34,620 bases of DNA from contig JAHFLV010000004.1 in assembly GCA_023264565.1 (NCBI GenBank), positions 13,408 through 48,027 of the forward strand. The letters are read 5' to 3'. The position numbers and the translations under genes are program-made. Below the pieces are notes generated by a model that was given only the letters and a program-made list of their open reading frames with translations, ran no database searches and had not been told where the DNA came from. This document shows positions 10,023-19,506 of the stretch, one piece after another (position 1 is the stretch's first letter; each line of letters opens with the position of its first letter). This DNA is from Candidatus Zambryskiibacteriota bacterium. Its GTDB lineage: Bacteria; Patescibacteriota; Minisyncoccia; Phycocordibacterales; DATGWK01.

Positions 10023-10949
10023 ATGTACGCTCAACACGACTCAAACATCCGAAAAACTTGGTTTCTCATGACGACATTTTTTGTCGTAGTGATTGGTCTT
10101 GGTTGGATCTTTAGTTATTTCTACCAAGACCCGTCTATTCTCTATATATTCGTAGTCGTGAGTATCTTCATGAATATCATTAGTTATTGGTATTCCGACA
10201 AGGTTGTGCTTTCGATGTACCGTGCGGTACCTGTCACAAACGAAAGCCATCCTGATCTTTATAATCTAGTCGAAAATCTTTCGATCACTGCTGGCTTGCC
10301 GATGCCAAAAGTCTACGTGATTCCAGATGGTCAGCCAAACGCATTCGCCACAGGGCGAAATAAAAATCATGCGGCTGTCGCCGTGACCTCTGGTCTTTTG
10401 CAAATCATGAACAAAACCGAACTCGAAGGCGTCATCGCCCATGAAATGTCGCATATCGGTAACATGGATATGTTGCTTTCAACCGTTGTGGTGGTCCTCG
10501 TTGGTTTTATTACCCTCATTTCTGATTTCTTTATTCGTAGCCGTGGCATGATGCGCGGTCGTGATGAGCAGGGAAATCAGGTCCAGGGAATTCTGTTTTT
10601 AATTGGTATTATTTTGGCCATTCTTTCACCAATCGCCGCGACTCTTATTCAGTTGGCAATTTCTCGAAAACGAGAATTTTTGGCGGATGCTTCAGGAGTA
10701 CTTTTGACCCGATATCCAGAAGGTTTGGCAAGCGCGCTTGAAAAGATTGGACAATATGGAACAATGCCGATGGTTCACGCAAGCAATGCGACAGCACATT
10801 TATTTATTTCGAATCCATTTGGTGCTGGCCTCGCTCGGCCGGGCACTGCTGGTGTGCGGGCTCTAAGCAAGGTGAGCAAACTGAGTCGACTCTTTATGAC
10901 TCATCCACCAATCGAAAAACGAATCGAAATTTTGCGGGGGATGAATTAG
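10023..10949 (+). CDS. htpX: M48-family membrane zinc metalloprotease HtpX
   Basis: PNAFATG, AHEMSH (HExxH), ISRKREFLAD, THPP. Confidence 0.95.
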   Translation: MYAQHDSNIRKTWFLMTTFFVVVIGLGWIFSYFYQDPSILYIFVVVSIFMNIISYWYSDKVVLSMYRAVPVTNESHPDLYNLVENLSITAGLPMPKVYVIPDGQPNAFATGRNKNHAAVAVTSGLLQIMNKTELEGVIAHEMSHIGNMDMLLSTVVVVLVGFITLISDFFIRSRGMMRGRDEQGNQVQGILFLIGIILAILSPIAATLIQLAISRKREFLADASGVLLTRYPEGLASALEKIGQYGTMPMVHASNATAHLFISNPFGAGLARPGTAGVRALSKVSKLSRLFMTHPPIEKRIEILRGMN

Positions 10950-10963
10950 GCGGTGACGTTTTT

Positions 10964-11048
10964 GGAAGGTTCGCATAGTGGTCTAGTGCGCACGCTTGGA
11001 AAGCGTGTGTGGGGCAACCCACCAGGAGTTCGAATCTCCTACCTTCCG
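10964..11048 (+). tRNA. tRNA-Ser (GGA)
   Basis: Acceptor stem GGAAGGT/ACCTTCC, anticodon arm CACGC-TTGGAAA-GCGTG, long variable arm, GTTCGAATC T-loop, discriminator G. CCA is not encoded. Confidence 0.95.
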
Positions 11049-11115
11049 CTTTGAGTTTGCTGGAGATCAAACGGTATTTTTTGCTAGTCATCAGCCTTTC
11101 GACTATAATTCTCTC

Positions 11116-14100
11116 ATGACAAAAAAAATTCTGACACTTGTATTTTTTGTTCTTATACCGTTTTCATTTTCTTTCAAAATCACCTCCGCTGCAGTGATAG
11201 ATGCTACCGGAATGCTTGGACATTATGACAATAATGGCAATCCTCAATACGATGCGATAGCGTTGCCGAATAACGCTCAAGGATTCGCCACACCAGCATC
11301 TTCTTGTGTCGATACTGCAAATCACTTTATTTTTGTTGCTGATAGCGGCGGTAATCGAGTACTTGTATTTGGACTTACCTCTTCTAACGTTCTAAGTACA
11401 ACGACCGCCTCATACGTTCTTGGTTTTACTAATTTCACCGACACCCCTCCAGGAGGTCTGTCCCAAAGTCTTGTGCATAATCCGTATGGTCTCGCCTGTG
11501 ATCCAGCCAACAACCGTGTTTTTGTCTCTGACAGAACGAATAATCGGGTGCTCGTGTTCAACACCGCTTCTACCACTATCGCTAATGGTGAGAGCGCAGA
11601 CTACGTTTTGGGTCAGAGTAATTTTTCCTCAGGTTCATCGGCGAACACTCAGGGTGGTTTGAGTGCTCCACACGGACTTTCATACGACTCTGTGAGCTCT
11701 CGACTTTTTGTGGCGGATTCAGGAAATAATCGTGTTGTGGTGTTTGATGTTTCCACCTCTACCATTTCAAATGGGGAACTCGCATCTAATGTGCTCGGAC
11801 AGACACTTTTTACTACCAGAACTACGGCGGTATCCGCTACGGGGATGAATACCCCCTACGGACTTTCGTACGAAGCAAGTAGTACCAGACTTTTTGTTGC
11901 GGACACCTTTAACAGCCGTGTGACAGTATTCAATGTTGCTACTTCGACAATATCTAACGGAGCGAGTGCTGCATATGTCCTGGGGCAAGTTGATGCGAAC
12001 AGCAATGATTCTAGTGCTACCACGGCCACATCGATGGGTAATCCCGAAGGAGTAATTTCAGACCCGGTTAATAATCGAGTTTTTGTTGCCGACAGCACCT
12101 ACAACAGAGTGACTGTGTATAATTCCGCAACATCAACCATTGCTACAGGAGAAACCGCGCTGAATGTTTTGGGGCAGACAAATTTTACCGCTTCGTCACG
12201 AGGAACCACACAAAGTAAAATAGACGGGTCCGTTGGATTTCTTGGTCTCGATTATGATCCTGCGAATAATGCACTTTACGTCGCTGATGCGGGAAATAAT
12301 AGAATCATGGTATTTACCACGACATCCGTCATCACTAATGGTCAGAATGCTACGTATGAAATAGGTCATGCTGATACTACTACAGGCAATCCCGTATATA
12401 CCGCCTACGATACTTATAATAATCCGCGTCCACAATCTGCATACAATATCCATGGAAGTGTTATAGATACAAAAAATCACAGAATGTTTATAAGTGATTA
12501 CAGTGATGCGACTCCTGGCGCTCGTGTTCTTGTCTATAACCTTGATTCCAATAACAACATAAATACCAGTACTCCATCATACGTTCTTGGATGGACCGAT
12601 TTCTACACAGCAAAAAGTATCGCTTTTACACAATCTGGATTTAACAAGATCGTTATGATTGGTCCAGCATATGACTCTGTAAATGAGAGGCTTTTTGTGT
12701 CCGACACTTCAAACAACAGAGTTCTTGTTTTTAACGTTAATCCATCCTCAATCGCTAATGGCGAGAATGCAACCGCGGTTCTCGGTCAAACAAATTTTAC
12801 CAATCATTCAGGAGCAACAACCCAAGCGGGTCTTCGTGCGCCAAGCTACCTCAATTATGACTCCGCTACTAGCCGGCTTTTTGTTGCCGACAGTGGAAAT
12901 AACCGCGTGATGGTTTTTAATGCGACATCTACCATAACCAACGGTCAGGCTGCCATTAATGTTCTTGGTCAGTCGTCATTTACTGTGAGTACGGCAGCTC
13001 TGACCAGTAGCGGTATGAATTCTCCTTGGGCTGTGACATATGACGCTACAAGCTCAAGACTTTTTGTGGCAGATCGAGGTAACAACCGCGTTCTTGTGTT
13101 TGATGCTGGCACATCGACTATTTCAGATGGAAAGACTGCTTCAAACGTTCTTGGTCAATCTAGCTTTACAACAAATTCTAGTGCCCTCAGTCAGAGTGGA
13201 CTTAATAATCCAAAGGGGGTGATTTACGACTACAAACACGATCTTCTTTTTGTGGGTGATTATGGTAACAATCGTGTAATGATGTTCGATGTTTCGACCT
13301 CAACTATTGCGAATGGAGAAAATGCGAGAAATCTCATTGGTCAGTCAACATTCACATCTTCAGATAACAACAGTTTCAGTATTCATGGATCTGGTGGTTC
13401 AGAGCAGGGAACGTATAACCCCGCGAATAATACGTTTTTTGATGCCCAGTACTATCCAGATCGTGTGATGCAATTTCCCCTAGTCTTGATAAACTCGACT
13501 TCAGTACCAAATGGAAACGTCGGTTCATCATATTCTTCTAGTATTAGTGCCACACAAAACCAGGGAACACTTAGTTACTCTATAGCCTCCGGCTCTTTAC
13601 CCTCCGGTCTCACACTCTCAACTGCGGGTGCAATAACGGGAATACCGACAACGTATGGCACCAGTACTTTTACTGTTGAAGCAGACGATACTTTCAGCTC
13701 GGGGTCATTTCCTGATCAACGATCCTTCTCTCTATTTATCGACAATGCTATTCCTGATACCGTGGCGCCAGTCATTTCTTCAATTGCAACTTCAACCACC
13801 CAGACATCGGCAATCGTTACTTTCCTGACCGACGAAGTTGCAAGTTCGACCATTAGTTATGGCCCTAGTACTACGTATACCAATACATCTTCAGTACACT
13901 CTTTTTCAACATCAACATCAATTACCATCACGGGTCTTTCTCCGGCAACAACGTACCACTTTCAAATTTTAGCTTCAGACGCATCTCTCAATCTCTCAAA
14001 CTCAACAGACCTCGTCTTCGTGACACGCAACAAAACACACCAGTTGACTGGGTACCAACCAATAGTTCCTGTTGCGGACACCGCTCCCGCGCTACCGCTG

Positions 14101-14649
14101 CTTCCTGTTGAGGCCACTTCGTCCCCAATCATATTTTCCTTTTCAAGAGATCTTTTCTCGGGATCGTCAGGTGATGACGTAAGACAGTTGGAGAAATTTC
14201 TAAATTCAAATGGTTTTTTTGTGGCAGCTTCTGGCCCAGGATCCCCTGGAAAAGAAAAAAATACATTTGATTCTGCGACCAAAGCTGCTCTTATTAAATT
14301 CCAAATTGCAAATGGAATTGTTCCAGCTGTCGGATATTTTGGCTTTATTACGAGAGCTGTAATTGCAGGTAAGAGTCGGACTGTTTCTTTACCAGTAGCC
14401 GTTACCCCTCAAATTCAAAGAGACCTTACTGTTGGCTCTTCTGGACCCGATGTTGTGGCTCTTCAAAATGTTCTTGTCTCAAAGGGGTATCTCTCAATTC
14501 CAAATGGAATTTATTTCGGATATTTTGGAACTTTAACAAAAGAGGCGCTAGCAAGGTTTCAGGCGGCACATGCAATCTTTCCTGCTGTTGGTTACTACGG
14601 AGCGGTAACCAGAGCATTCGTTCAGACAACCTCAAATACTGAGTATTAA
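11116..14649 (+). CDS. Large secreted NHL-repeat beta-propeller protein with Ig-like/Fn3 domains and two C-terminal peptidoglycan-binding domains
   Basis: Signal peptide MTKKILTLVFFVLIPF; many LFVADSGNNRVxVF...VLGQxxF repeats; LSYSIASGSLPSGLTLS (putative Ig); ITGLSPATTYHFQI (Fn3); two RDLxxGSSGxDVxxLxxxL...GYxGxxTRA domains. Start moved downstream of the tRNA. Confidence 0.85.
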   Translation: MTKKILTLVFFVLIPFSFSFKITSAAVIDATGMLGHYDNNGNPQYDAIALPNNAQGFATPASSCVDTANHFIFVADSGGNRVLVFGLTSSNVLSTTTASYVLGFTNFTDTPPGGLSQSLVHNPYGLACDPANNRVFVSDRTNNRVLVFNTASTTIANGESADYVLGQSNFSSGSSANTQGGLSAPHGLSYDSVSSRLFVADSGNNRVVVFDVSTSTISNGELASNVLGQTLFTTRTTAVSATGMNTPYGLSYEASSTRLFVADTFNSRVTVFNVATSTISNGASAAYVLGQVDANSNDSSATTATSMGNPEGVISDPVNNRVFVADSTYNRVTVYNSATSTIATGETALNVLGQTNFTASSRGTTQSKIDGSVGFLGLDYDPANNALYVADAGNNRIMVFTTTSVITNGQNATYEIGHADTTTGNPVYTAYDTYNNPRPQSAYNIHGSVIDTKNHRMFISDYSDATPGARVLVYNLDSNNNINTSTPSYVLGWTDFYTAKSIAFTQSGFNKIVMIGPAYDSVNERLFVSDTSNNRVLVFNVNPSSIANGENATAVLGQTNFTNHSGATTQAGLRAPSYLNYDSATSRLFVADSGNNRVMVFNATSTITNGQAAINVLGQSSFTVSTAALTSSGMNSPWAVTYDATSSRLFVADRGNNRVLVFDAGTSTISDGKTASNVLGQSSFTTNSSALSQSGLNNPKGVIYDYKHDLLFVGDYGNNRVMMFDVSTSTIANGENARNLIGQSTFTSSDNNSFSIHGSGGSEQGTYNPANNTFFDAQYYPDRVMQFPLVLINSTSVPNGNVGSSYSSSISATQNQGTLSYSIASGSLPSGLTLSTAGAITGIPTTYGTSTFTVEADDTFSSGSFPDQRSFSLFIDNAIPDTVAPVISSIATSTTQTSAIVTFLTDEVASSTISYGPSTTYTNTSSVHSFSTSTSITITGLSPATTYHFQILASDASLNLSNSTDLVFVTRNKTHQLTGYQPIVPVADTAPALPLLPVEATSSPIIFSFSRDLFSGSSGDDVRQLEKFLNSNGFFVAASGPGSPGKEKNTFDSATKAALIKFQIANGIVPAVGYFGFITRAVIAGKSRTVSLPVAVTPQIQRDLTVGSSGPDVVALQNVLVSKGYLSIPNGIYFGYFGTLTKEALARFQAAHAIFPAVGYYGAVTRAFVQTTSNTEY

Positions 14650-14671
14650 AAAACCGGGTATGTACCCGGTT
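14648..14671. terminator. Terminator between convergent genes (T tract on the minus strand)
   Basis: AAAAAACCGGGTA-TG-TACCCGGTT. Confidence 0.7.
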
Positions 14672-14702
14672 GCTGCGTGCGTTTTTTCGATGAGTCGTTG
14701 TG

Positions 14703-15140
14703 CTATGCGCCGACAGGTTGCATGTCTTTTGTTACGACAATTTTTCTGCTTTGAAGCGCATCGAGAATTCGGTTAATAAGCTCGGGGCTTAAGAACCTGT
14801 GCTCATCCAACGGCTCTTTGTTCGGACTGAGCCTCAGCCTGAGCCTCAGCATGACGGCGTCTGATTTTTCAAGCTCTTCGCACAAGGATTTCCAGATCCC
14901 CTCCAGAATTTCTCGTACCTTGTCCTGGGCGTCACAAAACCTTTCGAAGAACGATTCGTTACTGATCAGTGGCTTGTTGCCATTTTCCGTCTCGAGACTA
15001 ATGGAAAAACCAAAACCACCACTGAGTTTGTCGTCACAGATCTCAAATACGAGGCCATAAGGGTTCGAAAAGATGTCTATAGCCCTGAGCATAAAACATT
15101 CACCGTGTGTGTCCAATTTCATGGGGGTGCCTGTGTCCAA
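14703..15140 (-). CDS. Hypothetical protein
   Basis: 145-aa ORF with a TTG start 7 nt after an AAAGGAGG SD (15148-15155). Confidence 0.7.
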   Translation of the reverse strand: MDTGTPMKLDTHGECFMLRAIDIFSNPYGLVFEICDDKLSGGFGFSISLETENGNKPLISNESFFERFCDAQDKVREILEGIWKSLCEELEKSDAVMLRLRLRLSPNKEPLDEHRFLSPELINRILDALQSRKIVVTKDMQPVGA

Positions 15141-15182
15141 TGCTTGTCCTCCTTTAAATATTTGTTTTCATTTCTGCTGGAC

Positions 15183-15210
15183 ATACTAGCGTCCATATTT
15201 TAAATTGCAA
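15183..15210 (-). promoter_or_regulatory. Sigma70-type promoter of the 14703-15140 cassette
   Basis: Minus strand TTGCAA-16nt-TAGTAT. Confidence 0.5.
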
Positions 15211-15235
15211 CTTGTCTCAAAAATACACGGAAAAA

Positions 15236-15361
15236 TTGACTTCATTGATTCAAACGTTTACTATTCTCGCCGTAAGTGTCTCGTATAAGTTTTCTGTTTT
15301 GAGTTGGGTGTTTCACTCGTTCAGCGGAAAAGGATAAGGGGAGAGTCTAGTCGCTTACGGT
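15236..15361 (+). promoter_or_regulatory. Promoter and structured 5' leader of the RRM gene
   Basis: TTGACT-17nt-TACTAT, then a long-range stem CCGTAAGTG (15270-15278)/CGCTTACGG (15352-15360) enclosing further pairable segments. Confidence 0.55.
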
Positions 15362-15392
15362 TATAATAAAAACTAGCGTTATAGTAGCCACA

Positions 15393-15671
15393 ATGGCAAA
15401 GAAATTGTATGTAGGAGGCATTCCTTACAGCTCTACAGATGCAGGACTTAAGGAAGCGTTCTCAAAGGCTGGAAACGTCGTTTCCGCAAGCGTTATCACT
15501 GACCGCATGACTGGTCGCTCAAAGGGCTTCGGTTTCGTCGAAATGTCTTCTGACGAAGAAGCTATGGCTGCGATCGATATGTGGAACGGAAAGGACTTCG
15601 AAGGCCGCATGCTCACCGTAAGCGAAGCTCGCCCAATGACAGACCGCCCTCCACGTCGTGGAGATATGTAA
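15393..15671 (+). CDS. RRM (RNP-1) RNA-binding protein
   Basis: KLYVGGI (RNP2) and KGFGFVEM (RNP1). Confidence 0.95.
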   Translation: MAKKLYVGGIPYSSTDAGLKEAFSKAGNVVSASVITDRMTGRSKGFGFVEMSSDEEAMAAIDMWNGKDFEGRMLTVSEARPMTDRPPRRGDM

Positions 15672-15716
15672 TTCAATCGGAAATCGCGAGCAATCAACAT
15701 TTCCACAGAATCACTC

Positions 15717-15747
15717 AAAAAACCTCACCCTCTTGGTGAGGTTTTTT
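15717..15747 (+). terminator. Intrinsic terminator
   Basis: AAAAAA-CCTCACC-CTCTT-GGTGAGG-TTTTTT. Confidence 0.8.
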
Positions 15748-15775
15748 GTTACCGAGTATCGTATACTTATCTCAT

Positions 15776-16297
15776 ATGGATGAAAATAAAAGCTTTGAAC
15801 GGTATAACAAATTGGGAATCGCGGCTTTAATAGTAGTGGGTATTGGAATCATTTTGTTTATCGGTTCCGTTTTTCTTTTTCCGAGTGTTCGGAGCTTTGT
15901 TTTTCCACCTAAGCCTATTGCTCAACAAACATACGCAACATCTACCATCGAAATTTCTGGCACAAAGATTATTGTCGAACTGGCGGACACACCAGCGTTA
16001 CGAACCCTTGGCCTTTCTGGCCACAAGAACCTCGAAAATGGTCAGGGTATGCTGTTTCTTTTTGATGAATCAGGAAATTATGGTTTTTGGATGAAGGATA
16101 TGAAGTTCTCAATTGATGTTATCTGGATTGACGCTGCGAAAAACATTGTTCATATCGAAAAAAATATCACCCCGGAAAGCTATCCAACTGTTTTTGAATC
16201 AAACGCGCCGGCTAAGTATGCACTTGAAGTTCCGGCGGGTTTTTCTGACACTCATTCATTTACACAAGGAGACTCGGTCAAGTTTTTTATTAAATAG
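15776..16297 (+). CDS. DUF192-family membrane-anchored protein
   Basis: VELADT...GLS...GMLFLF...FWMKDMKFSIDVIWID...YALEVPAG. Confidence 0.88.
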   Translation: MDENKSFERYNKLGIAALIVVGIGIILFIGSVFLFPSVRSFVFPPKPIAQQTYATSTIEISGTKIIVELADTPALRTLGLSGHKNLENGQGMLFLFDESGNYGFWMKDMKFSIDVIWIDAAKNIVHIEKNITPESYPTVFESNAPAKYALEVPAGFSDTHSFTQGDSVKFFIK

Positions 16298-16630
16298 GTC
16301 TAAGGCCTGTGTATAACTCAAGAAATTAGAGCAATTCAATGCTCTTTTTTTGTATAGATTCCCACTTCAAAAATAAAATTTAAAAAATTTCCCACCGAGA
16401 ATGTGGTGCACTATAAGCATTTCAGAGAATCTTTAGAGTGCGTTCACTTTACAGTGGGTTCTTGCTGTTTTCTAACGGCTTTTTTTCTTAATTTTTTCTT
16501 CAATATGAATTTATTTACGGTAAAATAGTCATTACTTTAGCAATTGTAATGTGTACGTGATACAGGGTGTGCAAGAGTGTGGTTTTGAGAAAAATTTACA
16601 AGCAAGTAAAGAGAAAACTTCATCGACTTT

Positions 16631-19459
16631 ATGCAAATTTCAATCAAAAAACGAGACGGCACAAAAGAACTGTTCAATGCCGACAAAATCAACCGTTCAA
16701 TCGAACGTGCCTGCGAAGGTCTTTTTGATCCAGTCAGCAAAGTCACACAAGTTGCTCTCGAAACTCAACTCACGCTCTACGATGGCATTACTACAGACGA
16801 AATGGATCAGGCAACTATCAATGCCGCGGTCCAAAATATCAAAGAAGATATTGAATTCGACAAAATCGCTACTCGTTTGCTTCTCAAAACTGTCTATCGA
16901 CGCGTAATTGGCGATTTCGACAACGACACCGAAACCCTTCGTCGCAAACATCGCGAAGAATTCATTGGTCATATCAAGCGGGGAGTCGAATCTGGCCTCT
17001 TGGATACTCGAATGGTTGAAAAATACGACCTCCAAAAGCTTTCTGAGGTTTTAGATATTCGTCGAGATGATCTTTTTCAGTACGCCGGCCTTTCTGGTTT
17101 GCTCAACCGCTACATGTTGAAAGACAAAAACCAAGAGCCTTCAGAAACTCCGCAGTATTTCTTTATGCGTTTGGCTATGGGCCTTTCTTACAACGAAGCT
17201 GATCCAACAGCGATGGCCAAAAAGTTCTACAACAAAATGTCTCGCTTCGAGTACATTCCTGGTGGTTCGACAAACCTCGGCGCAGGAACGAGTCGTCCAG
17301 CGCTTTCAAACTGTTTCCTCTTGGAAATTCACGACGACATGAAGCATATTGCAAAGTCTGTTGCTGATGTGCTCCTTCTTTCAAAAGATTCAGGTGGTAT
17401 TGGCGCTTCTATTACCAAACTCCGAGCATCTGGCTCACCACTGAGCTCAAGCAACACGACTTCAAGTGGTCCAACTCCGTTTGCCAAAATTATCGACACC
17501 GCAATCCGTGCAGTGCAGCGAGGAGGTAAGAAAAAAGGAGCGCTCTGTTTCTATATGGAAAATTGGCACATTGATTTCCCAGATTTCCTCAACTGGAAAC
17601 ACAATGCCGGCGATGATTATCTCCGAATGCGAACTGCAAACACCGCAGCATGGCTTTCTGATGAATTCATGAACCGCGTCAAAAAAGGTGAGGACTGGTA
17701 TATGTTCGATCCGAACGAAGTAAAAGATTTAAATGAGCTGTATGGAAAAGCGTTCAGCAAGCGCTATGCAGAATACGTAGCTCAGGCAGAAGCTGGCCAG
17801 CTCCGAATGTTTAAAAAAGTGCCCGCACGAGAGCAGTTCCGTCAGATGCTTGTCTCTTTGCAGACTACATCGCATCCATGGATTACATGGAAAGATTCAG
17901 TCAACAATCGTGCGTTGAATAACAACACGGGTACGATTCATATGTCGAATCTTTGCACCGAAATTTGTTTGCCTCAGGACAAAGATCATATTGCGGTCTG
18001 TAATCTTGCGTCTTTGAACCTTGCAGCCCACATCACCAACCGCGAAATCAACTGGCCGCGCCTCGAAGAATCAGTCAGACTCGCTATTCGTCAGCTCGAC
18101 AATTTGATCGACATCAATAAACTGGCAATTCCAGAAGCGACTCGATCTGACCAAGAAAACCGCGCAGTTGGTTTGGGTGTTATGGGTTTTTCAGACACAC
18201 TCGAACAACTCGGCATGCCGTACGACAGCGAACATGCATGGGATTTTGCAGACCGAATTTTTGAGTTCATTAGCTACATGGCAATCGACGAAAGCGCAAA
18301 CCTCGCCCGCGAACGCGGTGTCTACAAAAACTTCGAAGGTTCTGGTTGGTCAAAAGGCATGGTGCCAATCGACACCATCAAACGCCTCGAAGAAGACCGC
18401 GGTCATGCTGTGACTGTTGCTAAAGAAAGCCGACACAAGGGTTTGAACTGGGATATTTTGCGAGAAAAGGTTCGAAAGGGAATGCGAAATGCGACTTTGA
18501 TGGCCGTTGCTCCAAACGCAAACATTGGTTTGCTTGCCGCAACCACTCCAGGTATCGATCCTCGTTTTGCCCAGGTCTTTTCTCGAAATAAAATTTCTGG
18601 AAAATATCTCGATCTCAATCACAATCTCGTGAAAGATCTCAAGAACATGGGTATTTGGGATAAGGTAAAAGGAGACATCATCGAACAGCAGGGAGATATC
18701 TCAAATATCGACGGCATTCCTCAGCACATCAAAGATATTTACAAAACTTCTTTCACCACCAACCCATACGCATTTATCGAAGTCGCGGCTCGTGCACAAA
18801 AATGGATCGACCAAGCGTTATCTCGAAACATGTATCTCGAAACTCGAGACATTGATGAAACCATGAAGATTTATTCAACTGCATGGGAGAAGGGTGTCAA
18901 AACTACCTACTACCTCCACATGAAGCCTCGACACACCGCAGAGCAAAGTACTGTGTCAGTAAACAAAGCCAAGAAAATTGGTAAGCTCGGTTTCGGTGCA
19001 GTTGCTTCTCTTGCCCAAAAGTCAGCGGCTCCAGCGTCATTCAGTATGCCTTTGCAAACAACTCTTACTTCCATTCCAACTCCGTCACCAATCACTGTCG
19101 ATGAATTGCAGAAAGAACTTGTGATGGCAAAACCGGCACCTATGGCAACAAAAGAAGAAGATAGCTCATTTGCAAATATGCCAGAAGAACCTCGTCCGAT
19201 GGAAATGGAAATGCCTAGCGTACAGCAGCCTGTAATGCAGCAAGTTGTTATAGAAAAGACTACCCCTGTTTCTTCTGTACAAACCGAAGCCCTTACTCCT
19301 TCAAAACCAGTCGCCTCTGTAGGTTTCGGCGCGGTTAGCAGCGGAATGAGCGGGGGAGTCGCATCACGTCCAATGCAATCTGCTCCAGAAGCGCCAAAAT
19401 TGAAAGTGCATGCACCGAGCGACCCAGCTGAAGAAAATATTTGCGACTCGTGCCAATAG
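16631..19459 (+). CDS. nrdA: Class I ribonucleotide reductase alpha subunit with N-terminal ATP cone
   Basis: IKKRDG ATP cone, SNCF, NLCTEI, CNLAS, TTYYL and C-terminal CDSC. Confidence 0.96.
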   Translation: MQISIKKRDGTKELFNADKINRSIERACEGLFDPVSKVTQVALETQLTLYDGITTDEMDQATINAAVQNIKEDIEFDKIATRLLLKTVYRRVIGDFDNDTETLRRKHREEFIGHIKRGVESGLLDTRMVEKYDLQKLSEVLDIRRDDLFQYAGLSGLLNRYMLKDKNQEPSETPQYFFMRLAMGLSYNEADPTAMAKKFYNKMSRFEYIPGGSTNLGAGTSRPALSNCFLLEIHDDMKHIAKSVADVLLLSKDSGGIGASITKLRASGSPLSSSNTTSSGPTPFAKIIDTAIRAVQRGGKKKGALCFYMENWHIDFPDFLNWKHNAGDDYLRMRTANTAAWLSDEFMNRVKKGEDWYMFDPNEVKDLNELYGKAFSKRYAEYVAQAEAGQLRMFKKVPAREQFRQMLVSLQTTSHPWITWKDSVNNRALNNNTGTIHMSNLCTEICLPQDKDHIAVCNLASLNLAAHITNREINWPRLEESVRLAIRQLDNLIDINKLAIPEATRSDQENRAVGLGVMGFSDTLEQLGMPYDSEHAWDFADRIFEFISYMAIDESANLARERGVYKNFEGSGWSKGMVPIDTIKRLEEDRGHAVTVAKESRHKGLNWDILREKVRKGMRNATLMAVAPNANIGLLAATTPGIDPRFAQVFSRNKISGKYLDLNHNLVKDLKNMGIWDKVKGDIIEQQGDISNIDGIPQHIKDIYKTSFTTNPYAFIEVAARAQKWIDQALSRNMYLETRDIDETMKIYSTAWEKGVKTTYYLHMKPRHTAEQSTVSVNKAKKIGKLGFGAVASLAQKSAAPASFSMPLQTTLTSIPTPSPITVDELQKELVMAKPAPMATKEEDSSFANMPEEPRPMEMEMPSVQQPVMQQVVIEKTTPVSSVQTEALTPSKPVASVGFGAVSSGMSGGVASRPMQSAPEAPKLKVHAPSDPAEENICDSCQ

Positions 19460-19506
19460 GTCTTACAATTGTCGAACATTAATCAGGATTATTTAAGTAA
19501 AAATAC

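Noticed and set aside
10996..11115. ORF-track N-terminal extension of the NHL protein
   Set aside because: It overlaps tRNA-Ser. The signal peptide and -10 box support ATG 11116.
11300..13480. Periodic repeats as a CRISPR array or DGR target
   Set aside because: The repeats are degenerate at DNA level and in frame (NHL protein repeats). No identical direct repeats, cas genes or reverse transcriptase are present.
11048..15210. tRNA-anchored integrative island or prophage
   Set aside because: No integrase and no duplicated tRNA 3' end (att) was found in the window.
16380..16630. NrdR boxes or a riboswitch upstream of nrdA
   Set aside because: Only weak partial palindromes (e.g. CCACCGAGAATGTGG) and no convincing tandem consensus.
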